A DNA stretch of 64,000 nt. It comes from Eledone cirrhosa (Eukaryota). Made by a program: the position numbers and the translations under genes. The notes under the pieces are model-generated. The model had not been told where the DNA came from, ran no database searches, and saw only the letters and a list, made by a program, of their open reading frames with translations. Shown here one piece after another: positions 12,222 through 24,600 of the stretch. Position 1 is the stretch's first letter. Each line of letters starts with the position of its first letter. Location: assembly GCA_964016885.1 (NCBI GenBank), contig OZ024744.1:112902001-112966000 (forward strand), read 5' to 3'.

Positions 12222-12416
12222 AGTTTTAATATAGATGGGATTCTACAGGACTAGAACTGTTTCATTCTTTAGAAATCATCAGGATTCCTGATGATTTCTA
12301 AAGAATGAAACAGTTCTAGTCCTGTAGAATCTCATCTATATTAAAACTTTTATACTCTGCAATGTATTGAGTACCTTACTTACTGTGGTTACCTCCGATT
12401 CAACCCGGAATAACGT
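12222..12416 (+). mobile_element. Short Penelope-like 3'-end insertion with a 127-bp fold-back palindrome
   Basis: 12222-12348 is palindromic around T12285 with one mismatch. Contains a hammerhead. (TA)n flanks. Confidence 0.75.
12282..12332 (+). ncRNA. Type I hammerhead ribozyme (mirror copy on the minus strand at ~12238-12288)
   Basis: GATTC-CTGATGA-TTTCTAAAGAAT-GAAA-CAG(TTCTAGTC)CTG-TA-GAATC. All three stems can pair and the cleavage triplet is GUA. Confidence 0.85.
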
Positions 12417-12611
12417 ATATATATATATAGATAGATAGATAGAAAACATTCTATAGATATGCATTTATACATACGTATACGTGTGTTTTTTTGTGTGTAT
12501 TTATATATATATAAAATAAGTCTTATATAGTGGATGCATATATCTTAGATAAGTAGTTTCTACACACTTTTGCCGCCTTTATCACACACCTTTATATCTA
12601 TTTATATATAG

Positions 12612-12742
12612 ATGGTTTTATAAAGATAGTTTCCATTTATCAATATCATTGATATTATACTCCAGAAGAAATCTTGTAGAATGCTTCGAATCTGTTATAA
12701 ATAAATTTGTTGAATAACCAACAAATTAAATAACACTTTGCT
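12612..12742 (+). mobile_element. 5'-truncated copy of the 3874-4310 element tail (no hammerhead)
   Basis: Close match to 4174-4310 (ATGGTTTTATAAAGATA...TACTCCAGAAGAAATCTTGTAGA.TGCTTC...CTTTGCT). Confidence 0.8.
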
Positions 12743-12750
12743 TATATATA

Positions 12751-12814
<64 letters not shown>

Positions 12815-13239
12815 GATAAATCTACCAAAAGTTTACGGTAGTGTCCAATCCGTATGAAGAACTCAATGTAATCCGGATATCATGGAAAGAAGAGATGCAT
12901 TCAAAAATCACTTTCGGTGAAAGATAAACGGAATACAGAGTCAAGATGAAATATTAAAAAAATAATGAATAAAACAATGAAACAGTTCCTTATATTAAAC
13001 AAAAAAAGTTCATTATTTAACGATCGTTTCTAGGATATATATGTGTTAGAATTGGCATGCATATTCAACAGATCTATGTACAAAATTATACAAAATTATA
13101 CAAACTATCAAATAGAATATACATACCAACACATACATATGCCGTCTTCAGAAATATATATATATATATATATTATATATTATGGAATGCTGTTCGCTTT
13201 TCGCTGCAGTGTTTTCTATACCTTTCATTTATATATATA

Positions 13240-13655
13240 TAAATGAATGACAGGTATAGAAATTGTTTTAGCAATTGTTCTCGGCATGGTGAACTAACTG
13301 TTGTGTAACCACTTCTACCTAACTCGTCCCATGGACTGAGTGCTCTACCACTACGGATATTACCTTCCAGTGTTCTACCACTATATATATTGAGTTTTGT
13401 CATAACTAATTCACTGCCATGACTGAATTATAACCATCAACATAGTCAAGGTATGTCAAGCGTCAATTTATTTTAGCTGATGAGGACGTACTGTTGAAAT
13501 ATGTATAATAAAATATATTTGATCACATTAATGTCTATATTTATTAATATTTTGAAGTAATATTAATAACTCCAGAAATCCGTTTTGTGGAGTGCTTCTA
13601 ATCTATTGTGAAACTTTATTCATTGATTTATTCATTGAACCTTGTTTAACCTTTT
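13240..13655 (+). mobile_element. Penelope-like 3'-end fragment of the same family as 18516-19040
   Basis: Shares GTATGTCA..TTTTA.CTGATGAGGACGTACTGTTG...GAAATATGTATAATAAAAT and the downstream tail with 18541-18760 and 18901-19040. Confidence 0.7.
13471..13513 (+). ncRNA. Hammerhead ribozyme remnant with stem II deletion
   Basis: TTTTAG-CTGATGA-GGACGTACTGTT-GAAA-TATGTA-TA-ATAAAA. Lacks the 3' strand of stem II present in the 18931 copy. Confidence 0.6.
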
Positions 13656-13782
13656 ATTATATATATAAATATATATATATTTATATGAAGTATTGCCGTA
13701 GGAAGGGTAAAGGAAAGGAGAGTGCTCTATGTATGCTACAGAGCTATTTAATTATGTAATAAACAACATAAGACAATTAATC

Positions 13783-13847
13783 CATTTACCAAAGGTTTCA
13801 CGAAGACAGGCTAGCTCAACAGAGACCTGAAATCGGTCATCAGAATG
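13783..13847 (-). ncRNA. Type I hammerhead ribozyme
   Basis: Reverse complement reads CATT-CTGATGA-CCGATTTCAGG...CCTGTCTTCGT-GAAA-CC(TTT)GG-TA-AATG. Confidence 0.75.
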
Positions 13848-14115
13848 AAAATTTAATATAGACGTAAGATATGAATTTAAAAACAAAGGCTATTACAATC
13901 GAAAGCGAGGCTGATATATATAAAATAAAATAATGGGAAAAATATACACACTGGTGCAGAGCGTAAGGGGGGGGGGGGGGTTAAAAATAAATACATATAT
14001 ATATATATACATATATATATATACTTACCCACACATACATACACATAAACATACGTACATACACACACACATACATACATACATAGATATATACATACAC
14101 ACGTACATATACACA

Positions 14116-14163
<48 letters not shown>

Positions 14164-14575
14164 TATATAACATAAGAAACGGAGAATCAGAGGTGCGACG
14201 AATAAAATTTATTAGACATATTACAATCGTTTCTCTGGCGACCAACTCGAGGTACGATCGATGTAATGATCGAACCTGACTCTGAAATCGCTAGGTCCTC
14301 AGATACGTCTCGATTCTTCGAAGCGGAGTTTCCAATTATATATATATATATATATGTGTGTGTGTATATATGTATGTGTGTGTGTATATATATATGTGTG
14401 TGTGTGTATATATATATGTATGTGTGTGTATATATATATATATATGTATGTGTGTATGTGTATATATATATGTATGTGTGTATGTACGTATGTGAGTCTA
14501 TGTCTATATGTGTGTGGGTAGGTACATGTATATATTTACAAGGTGCTCTTGTCCTTTGTAAGGGTATCTCTTGAA

Positions 14576-16041
14576 TTCAAGAGATACCCTTACAAAGGAC
14601 AAGAGCACCTTGTAAATCTCAAGAACACAATCTCTAACCTAAATTCCTCAAAAAATGTTTTAGTCCACTCTGACAAAACCAATAACCTATATGGTATTTC
14701 CAAGGATAATTATAACAACCTTATCCTAAAGGAACTTAGGAAAAAGTATCGTAAAACCAACCATGAAAATTTAGAATGCATAAACCTTGAAGCCTATGAG
14801 ATTATGTCAAAACTTGGCATTGAAAAAAAGACCGAACCATTCCTCCCAAGAACTCCGAGGATAAATCTCAAGGATCACAAAAACAATTTTCGCACTAAAC
14901 TACCTGTTAGATTAATCGCTCCCTCTAAATCTGATCTGGGGGTTGTTAGTAAAGCCATCTTGGATAGGATTATCCCACAGGTTAGTTCTAATTGCTCTTC
15001 CTTAAACCTAAATTTATGGTTTGGTACTTCTGAAGTGATTGGCTGGTTCAACAAATTGGATAATAAAAACAAACTAAAATTTATTCAATTCGATATTGCC
15101 AGCTACTATTCCTCCATTTCGCCTTCACTTCTCAATAATGCTCTATCTTTCGCACTTAAATATTCTGACATCACCACAGATGAACTTCACATCATCCTCA
15201 CCGCACGTAAAACCATCCTAGAGTTCAACAACGAATATTGGACCAGAGCCGATACCTCTAACAACTTCGACATCACAATGGGAGCATCCGATTCATCCCA
15301 ATTGACTGATTTAATTGGTATCTTCATTTTGAACTCTTTGAGTCGGAAAATTCCTCAACTTCGCGGTGGAATTTATCGTGACGATGGACTCTTTACTATC
15401 CTAAATTGCAATATAGTTAAACTTAATATTATTAAGAACAATATACGTAATCTCTTTAACCAACATAACCTAAAAATTGAATTTGATAATAGTATCAAAC
15501 TAGCTAATTTCTTGGATGTATCTCTTAATCTTGACACTGGCCTATATTACCCTTACCATAAAAACAATGAGAACCTTAATTATGTTAACTTTAAATCTAA
15601 CCATCCTACCAATATCAAGAATGCTATAGTTAATAATATTGGAAATAGACTATCTAACATATCTTCTAATAAAAACATCTTTGATGCTAACGCCAATTAC
15701 TATAATAACGCACTTTCTAAAGCCGGCTATCCAGATAAAATCAAATATAATAAAGAAACAAATTCTAGAAAAACTTACAGTAGAATAATTAATCATGACC
15801 ATTCCAATAATTTTAATAAAAGACCTAGATACAAAAACATAATCTGGTATAATGCTCCTTTCTCCATCTCTATTAATAACAATATTCCTAAATTATTTTT
15901 TAGTGCCTTAAATAAATGCTTCCCTCCCTCACATATCTATAGTAAAATATTTAACAAACACACCATCAAATTTTCGTATTCTACATCCTCCAATATTTCC
16001 AACATCATCTCTAAACACAACAACAAAATATTAAATACTAA
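14576..16041 (+). CDS. Penelope-like reverse transcriptase (N-truncated, frame +2)
   Basis: SDKTNNLY, LKDHKNNF...PVRLIAPSKSDLG, QFDIASYYSSI, FDITMGA, GIYRDDGL, NFLDVSLNL, YVNFKSNHP, IIWYNAPFS, KIFNKHTIKFSYS. Confidence 0.9.
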
Positions 16042-16707
16042 ATCTCTACTTCCAATATTGAATTTCATAATAACAGTAATAGTACTCCCGACGTCATTGT
16101 AAACCCTAGGCTAACTTCTGTAAACCCAAATACAACGTCAAACACAACTTCGCTAAATGTTCATAATCCAACTCTAAATCAAGAAACTATTATTCCTATT
16201 ATTCCTATCGCAAACAACTTCTCCAATCCAATTCCTTCTATAGATAACACTAGATCACTCATTAATAATCTCTCTAATTGCAACTGCCGCATTAAAAATA
16301 AATGTCCTCTCAACAACCATTGCCTCGATAAAAACTTAATTTATGAATGTAAAATTATAACTAGCACCAATTCCTTCACCTATTTTGGCTCCACTTCCAC
16401 CTCTTTTAAAGCTCGTCTCTATAATCATCATTCATCTTTCAAATACAAACTTAAAAGAACTAACACTGCTCTCTCAGAACTCATATGGTCCTTAAAAGAC
16501 AAAAACATTAAATATACCATCTTTTGGAAGAAGATTTCTTCTGCATCCTCATACTTGAACAGCTCTCTATCTAAAATCTGTAATCTCTGCCTAAATGAAA
16601 AATTTACCATTATCTCTAACCTAGATTCTATAATAAATAGACGCTCAGATTTGTTTTCTATCTGCCTGCATAAATTCCATAGAACTTTTCACAAAGTATA
16701 CAGTTAA
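16042..16707 (+). CDS. GIY-YIG endonuclease of the Penelope-like element (frame +1, no start codon, not in the ORF track)
   Basis: Manual translation is open from 16042 to TAA at 16705-16707: ...CNCRIKNKCPLNNHCLDKNLIYECKI...TYFGSTSTSFKARLYNHHSSF...TALSELIWSLK...CNLCLNEKFTI...NRRSDLFSICLH. Confidence 0.88.
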   Translation: MSTSNIEFHNNSNSTPDVIVNPRLTSVNPNTTSNTTSLNVHNPTLNQETIIPIIPIANNFSNPIPSIDNTRSLINNLSNCNCRIKNKCPLNNHCLDKNLIYECKIITSTNSFTYFGSTSTSFKARLYNHHSSFKYKLKRTNTALSELIWSLKDKNIKYTIFWKKISSASSYLNSSLSKICNLCLNEKFTIISNLDSIINRRSDLFSICLHKFHRTFHKVYS

Positions 16708-17683
16708 TATTCAATTCTTTATCAATTTAGAATCTTTTCTCAAAGGCACATATACATACACCTCTTTAAAATATACCCATCTACCTTACTTTAAAGGGCA
16801 TTATACACTCTACAATACTCGTTTACTCATTACCCTCATTCTATCTTCTTGTAAAATCATAACATTTGTTTTTGACATTTGAATATTCATCCGCAATCAT
16901 TATTATTTTTTCTCTCTATCATAAATCTTTTTAATCTCAATTTCATCCTTAATTTATTATTATTTTTTTCTCCCCATCAACGAACTCATTATTAATACAT
17001 ATTAACTCTTTATTCGCACATATTATCAATTCAATCAATATACAAACTTTAACTTCACATTATTTTTCTCTTCGCTAATTTTGAAATTGCCACAATACAT
17101 ACATTTCTTTTTTTGACGTTAGAATATTCACCCACAATTATTATTTTTTCTCTCTATCTTCATACATAATTTCCCTTCGTTAATGTTCAAATTCCTTTAA
17201 TTTATACATTATCTTCCAACGGTTCCCAACCTCTCTATATTAAAACAATATATCTTTTTCTCAGTTATAAAAACTATCTCTTTCTCTCTATCACCCATCT
17301 CTCCCTCTCCACCTTCACTCTCATCTCCTCCCCCTTTTTTTCATCCTTTCCACCACCCCCTCCCTAAATAAAATATTTTTTCCTCGCACATATCCTCCCT
17401 TCGTTAATTTTCAAAATTTTTAATTTATACAGTATCTTCCAACGGTTTTCAACCTCTCTATGTAAAAAATATATCTCCTCTCAGTTATAAAAACTATCTC
17501 TTTCTCTCTATCACCCATCTCTCCCTCTCATCTCCTTCCCTTTTCATCCTTTCTCCCGCCCCCCCTCTCTAAATAAAATATTTTTCCCAATATCACACAT
17601 CAATCTAAAACCACTTTTCATATGTTGATTTAAAACTGAACTATCAACAAGTGTTTTTTTAGCCTTCATATCATGTTCTCCTG

Positions 17684-17750
17684 TTTTATCTGATGAAAAC
17701 ACAAATATTATTGCTTGATGATGTTTGTTTTTGAAATGCGCATAATAAAA
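17684..17750 (+). ncRNA. Minimal type I hammerhead ribozyme in the Penelope pLTR
   Basis: TTTTAT-CTGATGA-AAACACAAAT...GTTTGTTTTT-GAAA-TGCGCA (palindrome)-TA-ATAAAA. Confidence 0.85.
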
Positions 17751-17896
17751 TATATGGAACTCCTTTAACCATCTTTTGATCTTATATTATGCATACTCCA
17801 GTCCTACAAACTGTAGAGTGCTTCTTATCCGATATCTGCATTGCTTTATTGTACTACAATAAAACTCACCCCCTACATATATATATATATATATAT

Positions 17897-17967
17897 GTAG
17901 GAGGACCCCAAGTATTGAGTACTTTGGTGCGTTATGGTCCACCTGGTTCCTTACCACATTTCCTTCG

Positions 17968-18012
<45 letters not shown>

Positions 18013-18223
18013 GGAGGACCCCAAGTATTGAGTACTTTGGTGCGATATGGTCCACCTGGTTCCTTACCACATTTCCTTCGTTATATATATATATATACAT
18101 ATATATATATAATATATAAACATATATATGTATATATATATATGTATATATATATATGTATATATATATTGAGTACTCTGGTGCGATATGGTCCATCTGG
18201 TTCCTTACCACAATTCCTTCGTT
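17897..18223 (+). repeat. Three copies of a ~55-72 bp unit separated by (TA)n
   Basis: (GTAGGAGGACCCCAAG)TATTGAGTACTTTGGTGCG.TATGGTCCACCTGGTTCCTTACCACATTTCCTTCGT at ~17897, ~18010 and ~18167. Confidence 0.85.
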
Positions 18224-18288
18224 ATATATATATATATATATATATTGTTATACTTTAGGAGGGTCATGTTGCCAATAATTCAGAAACG

Positions 18289-18341
<53 letters not shown>

Positions 18342-18401
18342 AATATATATTAATATTAAAATATAAGTATTAATAAAATAGATGTTCTTTTGATCAATTA
18401 C

Positions 18402-18454
18402 ATTTTATTATACATATTTCGGATGTACAACAGTAGGTCCTCATCAGACAAAAT
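18402..18454 (-). ncRNA. Type I hammerhead ribozyme (inverted copy)
   Basis: Reverse complement reads ATTTTGT-CTGATGA-GGACCTACTGTTGTACATCC-GAAA-TATGTA-TA-ATAAAAT. Confidence 0.75.
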
Positions 18455-18562
18455 ATAATGATACATGACATACCCTGAGATGTTAAATGGTTAAGATTTA
18501 ACTAGACTACCTTGATTAAATCTTAACCATTTAACATCTCAGGGTATGTCATGTATCATTAT

Positions 18563-18615
18563 ATTTTGTCTGATGAGGACGTACTGTTGTACATCCGAAA
18601 TATGTATAATAAAAT
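18563..18615 (+). ncRNA. Type I hammerhead ribozyme
   Basis: ATTTTGT-CTGATGA-GGACGTAC(TGTT)GTACATCC-GAAA-TATGTA-TA-ATAAAAT. Confidence 0.85.
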
Positions 18616-18930
18616 GTAATTGATCAAAAGAACATCTATTTTATTAATACTTATATTTTAATATTAATAACTCCAGAAAATTATTTTACCGTTGAGTGCT
18701 TCCAATCTACTGTAAAACTCATTCTTTGACATAATCAGTGAATATTGTTTAACACTTTAATATATACATACATATTTAAAGGTTAAACAAGGTTCAATGA
18801 ATAAATCAAAGAATGATTTTTACAATATATTGGATTTTACGTGACTGAATCTTAACCATCTACTATGTCAGATTTTACGTGACTGAATCTTAACCATCTA
18901 CTATGTCAGGGTATGTCATGCATCATCTTA

Positions 18931-18993
18931 TTTTATCTGATGAGGACGTACTGTTGAAGTTAACTCAGTACCTCTGAAATATGTATAATAAAA
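18931..18993 (+). ncRNA. Type I hammerhead ribozyme
   Basis: TTTTAT-CTGATGA-GGACGTACTG...CAGTACCTCT-GAAA-TATGTA-TA-ATAAAA. Confidence 0.8.
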
Positions 18994-19037
18994 TATACTT
19001 GATCACAAGAATATCTATTTTGTTAATATTTTGAATT

Positions 19038-20350
<1,313 letters not shown>

Positions 20351-20695
20351 TGTGTCTACGTTTATATGAACAAAGCAAGCACCTCGTTTATAGTATATCT
20401 GGTAAACAAAGAAAAACGGTCGCTGTGAATAATGTTCTCCCCTCTCTCTCGCTCTCATTCTCCCCTTCTCTCCCTCTCTCTCACTTACCCCCTCTCTCTC
20501 CTCCCGCTCTCTCCTCCCGCTCTATATATATATATATATGTATATATATTTGAGGGTGTGTGTTTCAGACTTCTGTGAATATGAACCATTCTTTGTACAT
20601 CAGGCCGAGCCTGTTGTATTTATTTAGACAAACACAAGCATACGCACACACACACACACACACATAGATATATATATACATACACACACACAGAC

Positions 20696-20788
<93 letters not shown>

Positions 20789-20895
20789 TCAAATGATCTC
20801 GTGAAAGGGTGAAAGCTGCGAAACTTTCCTTAAACTTTAATCTGTACTATTTACATGTGTGTGTGTGTGTGTGTGCATATATATACATATATATA

Positions 20896-21420
20896 TCATC
20901 ATCATCATCATCATCATCGCCATCGTTTAACGTCTATATTCCACGCTAGCATGGGTTTAGACGGGAATTGTCCCACTTGAGGCAAGATTGGTCGTCTTGC
21001 TCGTATAGGACTGTCTGGCGGGTTTTCTACGGCTGGACGCCCTTCCTAACACCAACCACATTTACAGTGTGGGGCTGGGAGGTTTTTACCGTGTTGCCTA
21101 CACGGCCACATTACAGCGTGGACTGTGTTCTTTTGTCGTGACACCTACACTACCTCATTTGTTTCGGGCGGCTGGATGTTGTGGTACCAACATAACTTTA
21201 CATCAAAAGGGGTGGTATTGATATGGGTGGGGGGTAGTGGGGTGGGGGTGTATTTTTGGTTAAGAGGTGCCTACTGACTGTAGGTTTCGCTTTGTACTTA
21301 GGCAAGGCGGGTCTTCTGTATTACTACGTAGCGCCAAAGATCTCGGTCCAGTGACATTGTCTTGGAGAGGTGTAAGTGTGTGAGGTAGGGATTTATCAAA
21401 TCGTCCATATATATAGGCAC
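20896..21420 (-). mobile_element. RTE LINE 3' end / SINE-shared tail
   Basis: (CAT)n tail, then CGTTTAACGTC and CTACGGCTGGACGCCCTTCCTAACACCAACC (same tail as 34960-35095). C-terminal peptide LSKTMSLDRDLWRYVV. Confidence 0.75.
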
Positions 21421-21699
21421 CCGTTTTGAGTGTGTTGTGTTGAGGCAAATAACTATGTGTATACTCTTACATTGCCCATTGAGTGCGCTGAGATACAACC
21501 GGTACTGGCATTGATAAATATGCTGGATCCGTCAACCCTTATTATATATATATATATATGTATATATGTATATATCACAATATCATTTGTACTGCCTTTA
21601 CGTTATTTTGTTTTTTGTTCTCTATTTATTAAACTATATATATATAAACACATACACACACTATAAAAAAAGTTACATGTGTATCCTATCAAGCTGCTA

Positions 21700-24600
21700 C
21701 TGATAACCATCACCACCACCACCACCACCACCACCACCACCACCACCACCACCACCACCACATACACTACCACTACAAATAACAGCATCACCACCACCAC
21801 CAACACTACCATCACCACCACCACCAACAACACCACCACTACCAATAACACCATCACCACCACCAACAACACCATCACTGCCACTACCAATAACACCACC
21901 ACCAACACTACCACTACCAATAACACTACCAATAACACCATCACCACCAACACTACCACTACCAATAACACCACCACCAACACTACCACTACCAATAACA
22001 CCATCACCACCACCACCACCACCAACACTGCCACTACCAATAACACCATCACCACCATCACCAATAACACCATCACCACCATCACCAATAACACTATCAC
22101 CACCACCACCACCACCAACACTACCACTACCAATAACAGCATCACCGCCACCACCACCAACAACACTACCACTACCAATAACACCACCACCACCACCAAC
22201 ACTACCACTACCAATAACACCACCACCACCACCACCAACACTACCACTACCAATAACACCACCACCACCACCAAAACTACCACTACCAATAACACCATCA
22301 CCACTACCACCAACACTACCACTACCATAACACCACCACTACCAATACCACTACCAATACCACCACCACCAACACTACCACTACCAATAACACCACCACC
22401 ACCACCATCAACACTACCACTACCAATAACACCATCACCACCACCACCAACACTACCACTACCAATACCACCATCACCACCACCACCAACACTACCACTA
22501 CCAATAACACCATCACCACCACCACCAACACTACCACTACCATAACACCACCACCACCAACACTACCACTAACACCATCACTACCACCACCACCATCAAC
22601 ACTACCACTACCAATAACACCATCACCACCACCACCACCAACACTACCACTACCACTAACACCATCACCTCCACCACCAACACTACCACTACCATAACAC
22701 CATCACCACCACCACTACCAACAACACTACCACTACCAATAACACCATCACCATCACCACCAACACTACCAATAACACCACCACCACCACCACCAACACT
22801 ACCAATAACACCACCACCACCACCACCACCAACACTACCACTACCAATAACACCACCACACCCACCATCACCACCACCACCACCAACACTACCACTACCA
22901 ATAACACCAACACTACCACCACCACCACTACCACTACCGATAACACCATCAACACCATCAACAACACTACCAATACCACCACCACCACCACCACCAACAC
23001 TACCAATAACACCATCACCACCACCACCACCAACACTACCACTACCAATAACACCATCACCACCACCAACAACACTACCACTACCAATAACACTACCACC
23101 ACCAACACTAGCACTACCATAACACCACCACCAACACTACCATCACTACCACTACCAATAACACCACCATCACCACCACCATCACTACCACTACCAATAA
23201 CACCACCACACCCACCACCACCAGCACTACCACTTCCAATAACACCATCACCACCACCACCAACACTACCACTAACACCACCACCACCAACACTACCACT
23301 ACCAATAATACCACCACCACCACCACCAACACTACCACTACCAATAACACCATCACCACCACCACCACCAACACTACCACTACCAATAACACCATCACCA
23401 CCACCACCACCACCATCAACATTACCACTACCTTATACCACCATCACCACCACCGTCAACACTACCACTTCCAATACCACCACCACTACCACCAGCACCA
23501 TCACCACCACCACCACCATCAACACTACCACTACCAATAACATCATCACCACCACCACCATCAACACTACCACTACCACTAACACCATCACCACCACCAC
23601 CACCACCAACACTACCACTACCAATAACATCATCACCACCACCACCATCAACACTACCACTACCAATAACACCATCACCACCACCACCACCAACACTACC
23701 ACTACCACTAACACCATCACCTCCACCACCAACACCACCACTACCAATAACACCATCAGCACCACCATCAACACTACCACTGCCAATAACACCATCACCA
23801 CCACCACCATCAACACTACCACTACCACTAACACCATCACCACCACCACCACCATCAACACTACCACTACCAATAACATCATCACCACCACCACCATCAA
23901 CACTACCACTACCACTAACACCATCACCACCACCACTACCATCAACACTACCACTACCAATAACATCATCACCACCACCACCATCAACACTACCACTACC
24001 AATAACACCATCACCACCACCACCACCAACACTACCACTACCACTAACACCATCACCTCCACCACCAACACCACCACTACCAATAACACCATCACCACCA
24101 CCACCAACACTACCACTACCAATAACACCATCACCACTACCACCAACACTACCACTACCACCACCATTACCACCAACACTACCACTACCAATAACACCAT
24201 CACCACCACCACCAACACTACCACTACCAATAACACCATCACCACCACCACCACCAACACTACCACTACCACTAACACCATCACCTCCACCACCAACACC
24301 ACCACTACCAATAACACCATCACCACTACCACCAACACTACCACTACCACCACCATTACCACCAACACTACCACTACCAATAACACCATCACCTCCACCA
24401 CCAACACTACCACTACCAATAACACCATCACCACCACCACCACCAACACTACCACTACCACTAACACCATCACCTCCACCACCAACACCACCACTACCAA
24501 TAACACCATCACCACTACCACCAACACTACCACTACCAATAACACCATCACCACTACCACCAACACTACCACTACCACCACCATTACCACCAACACTACC

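Larger units (their letters stand above)
14534..17877 (+). mobile_element. 5'-truncated Penelope-like element (Neptune-type): RT, GIY-YIG, long 3' UTR and pLTR with hammerhead
   Basis: PLE-type RT, Cys-rich linker CNCR...CPL...C, GIY-YIG domain, hammerhead at 17684-17750, 84-bp 5' palindrome, and microsatellite flanks. Confidence 0.92.
18348..18760 (+). mobile_element. Penelope-like pLTR insertion with ~154-bp inverted arms
   Basis: Arms 18348-18501 / 18516-18669 with a 14-nt spacer and one mismatch seen. (TA)n flanks. Confidence 0.8.
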
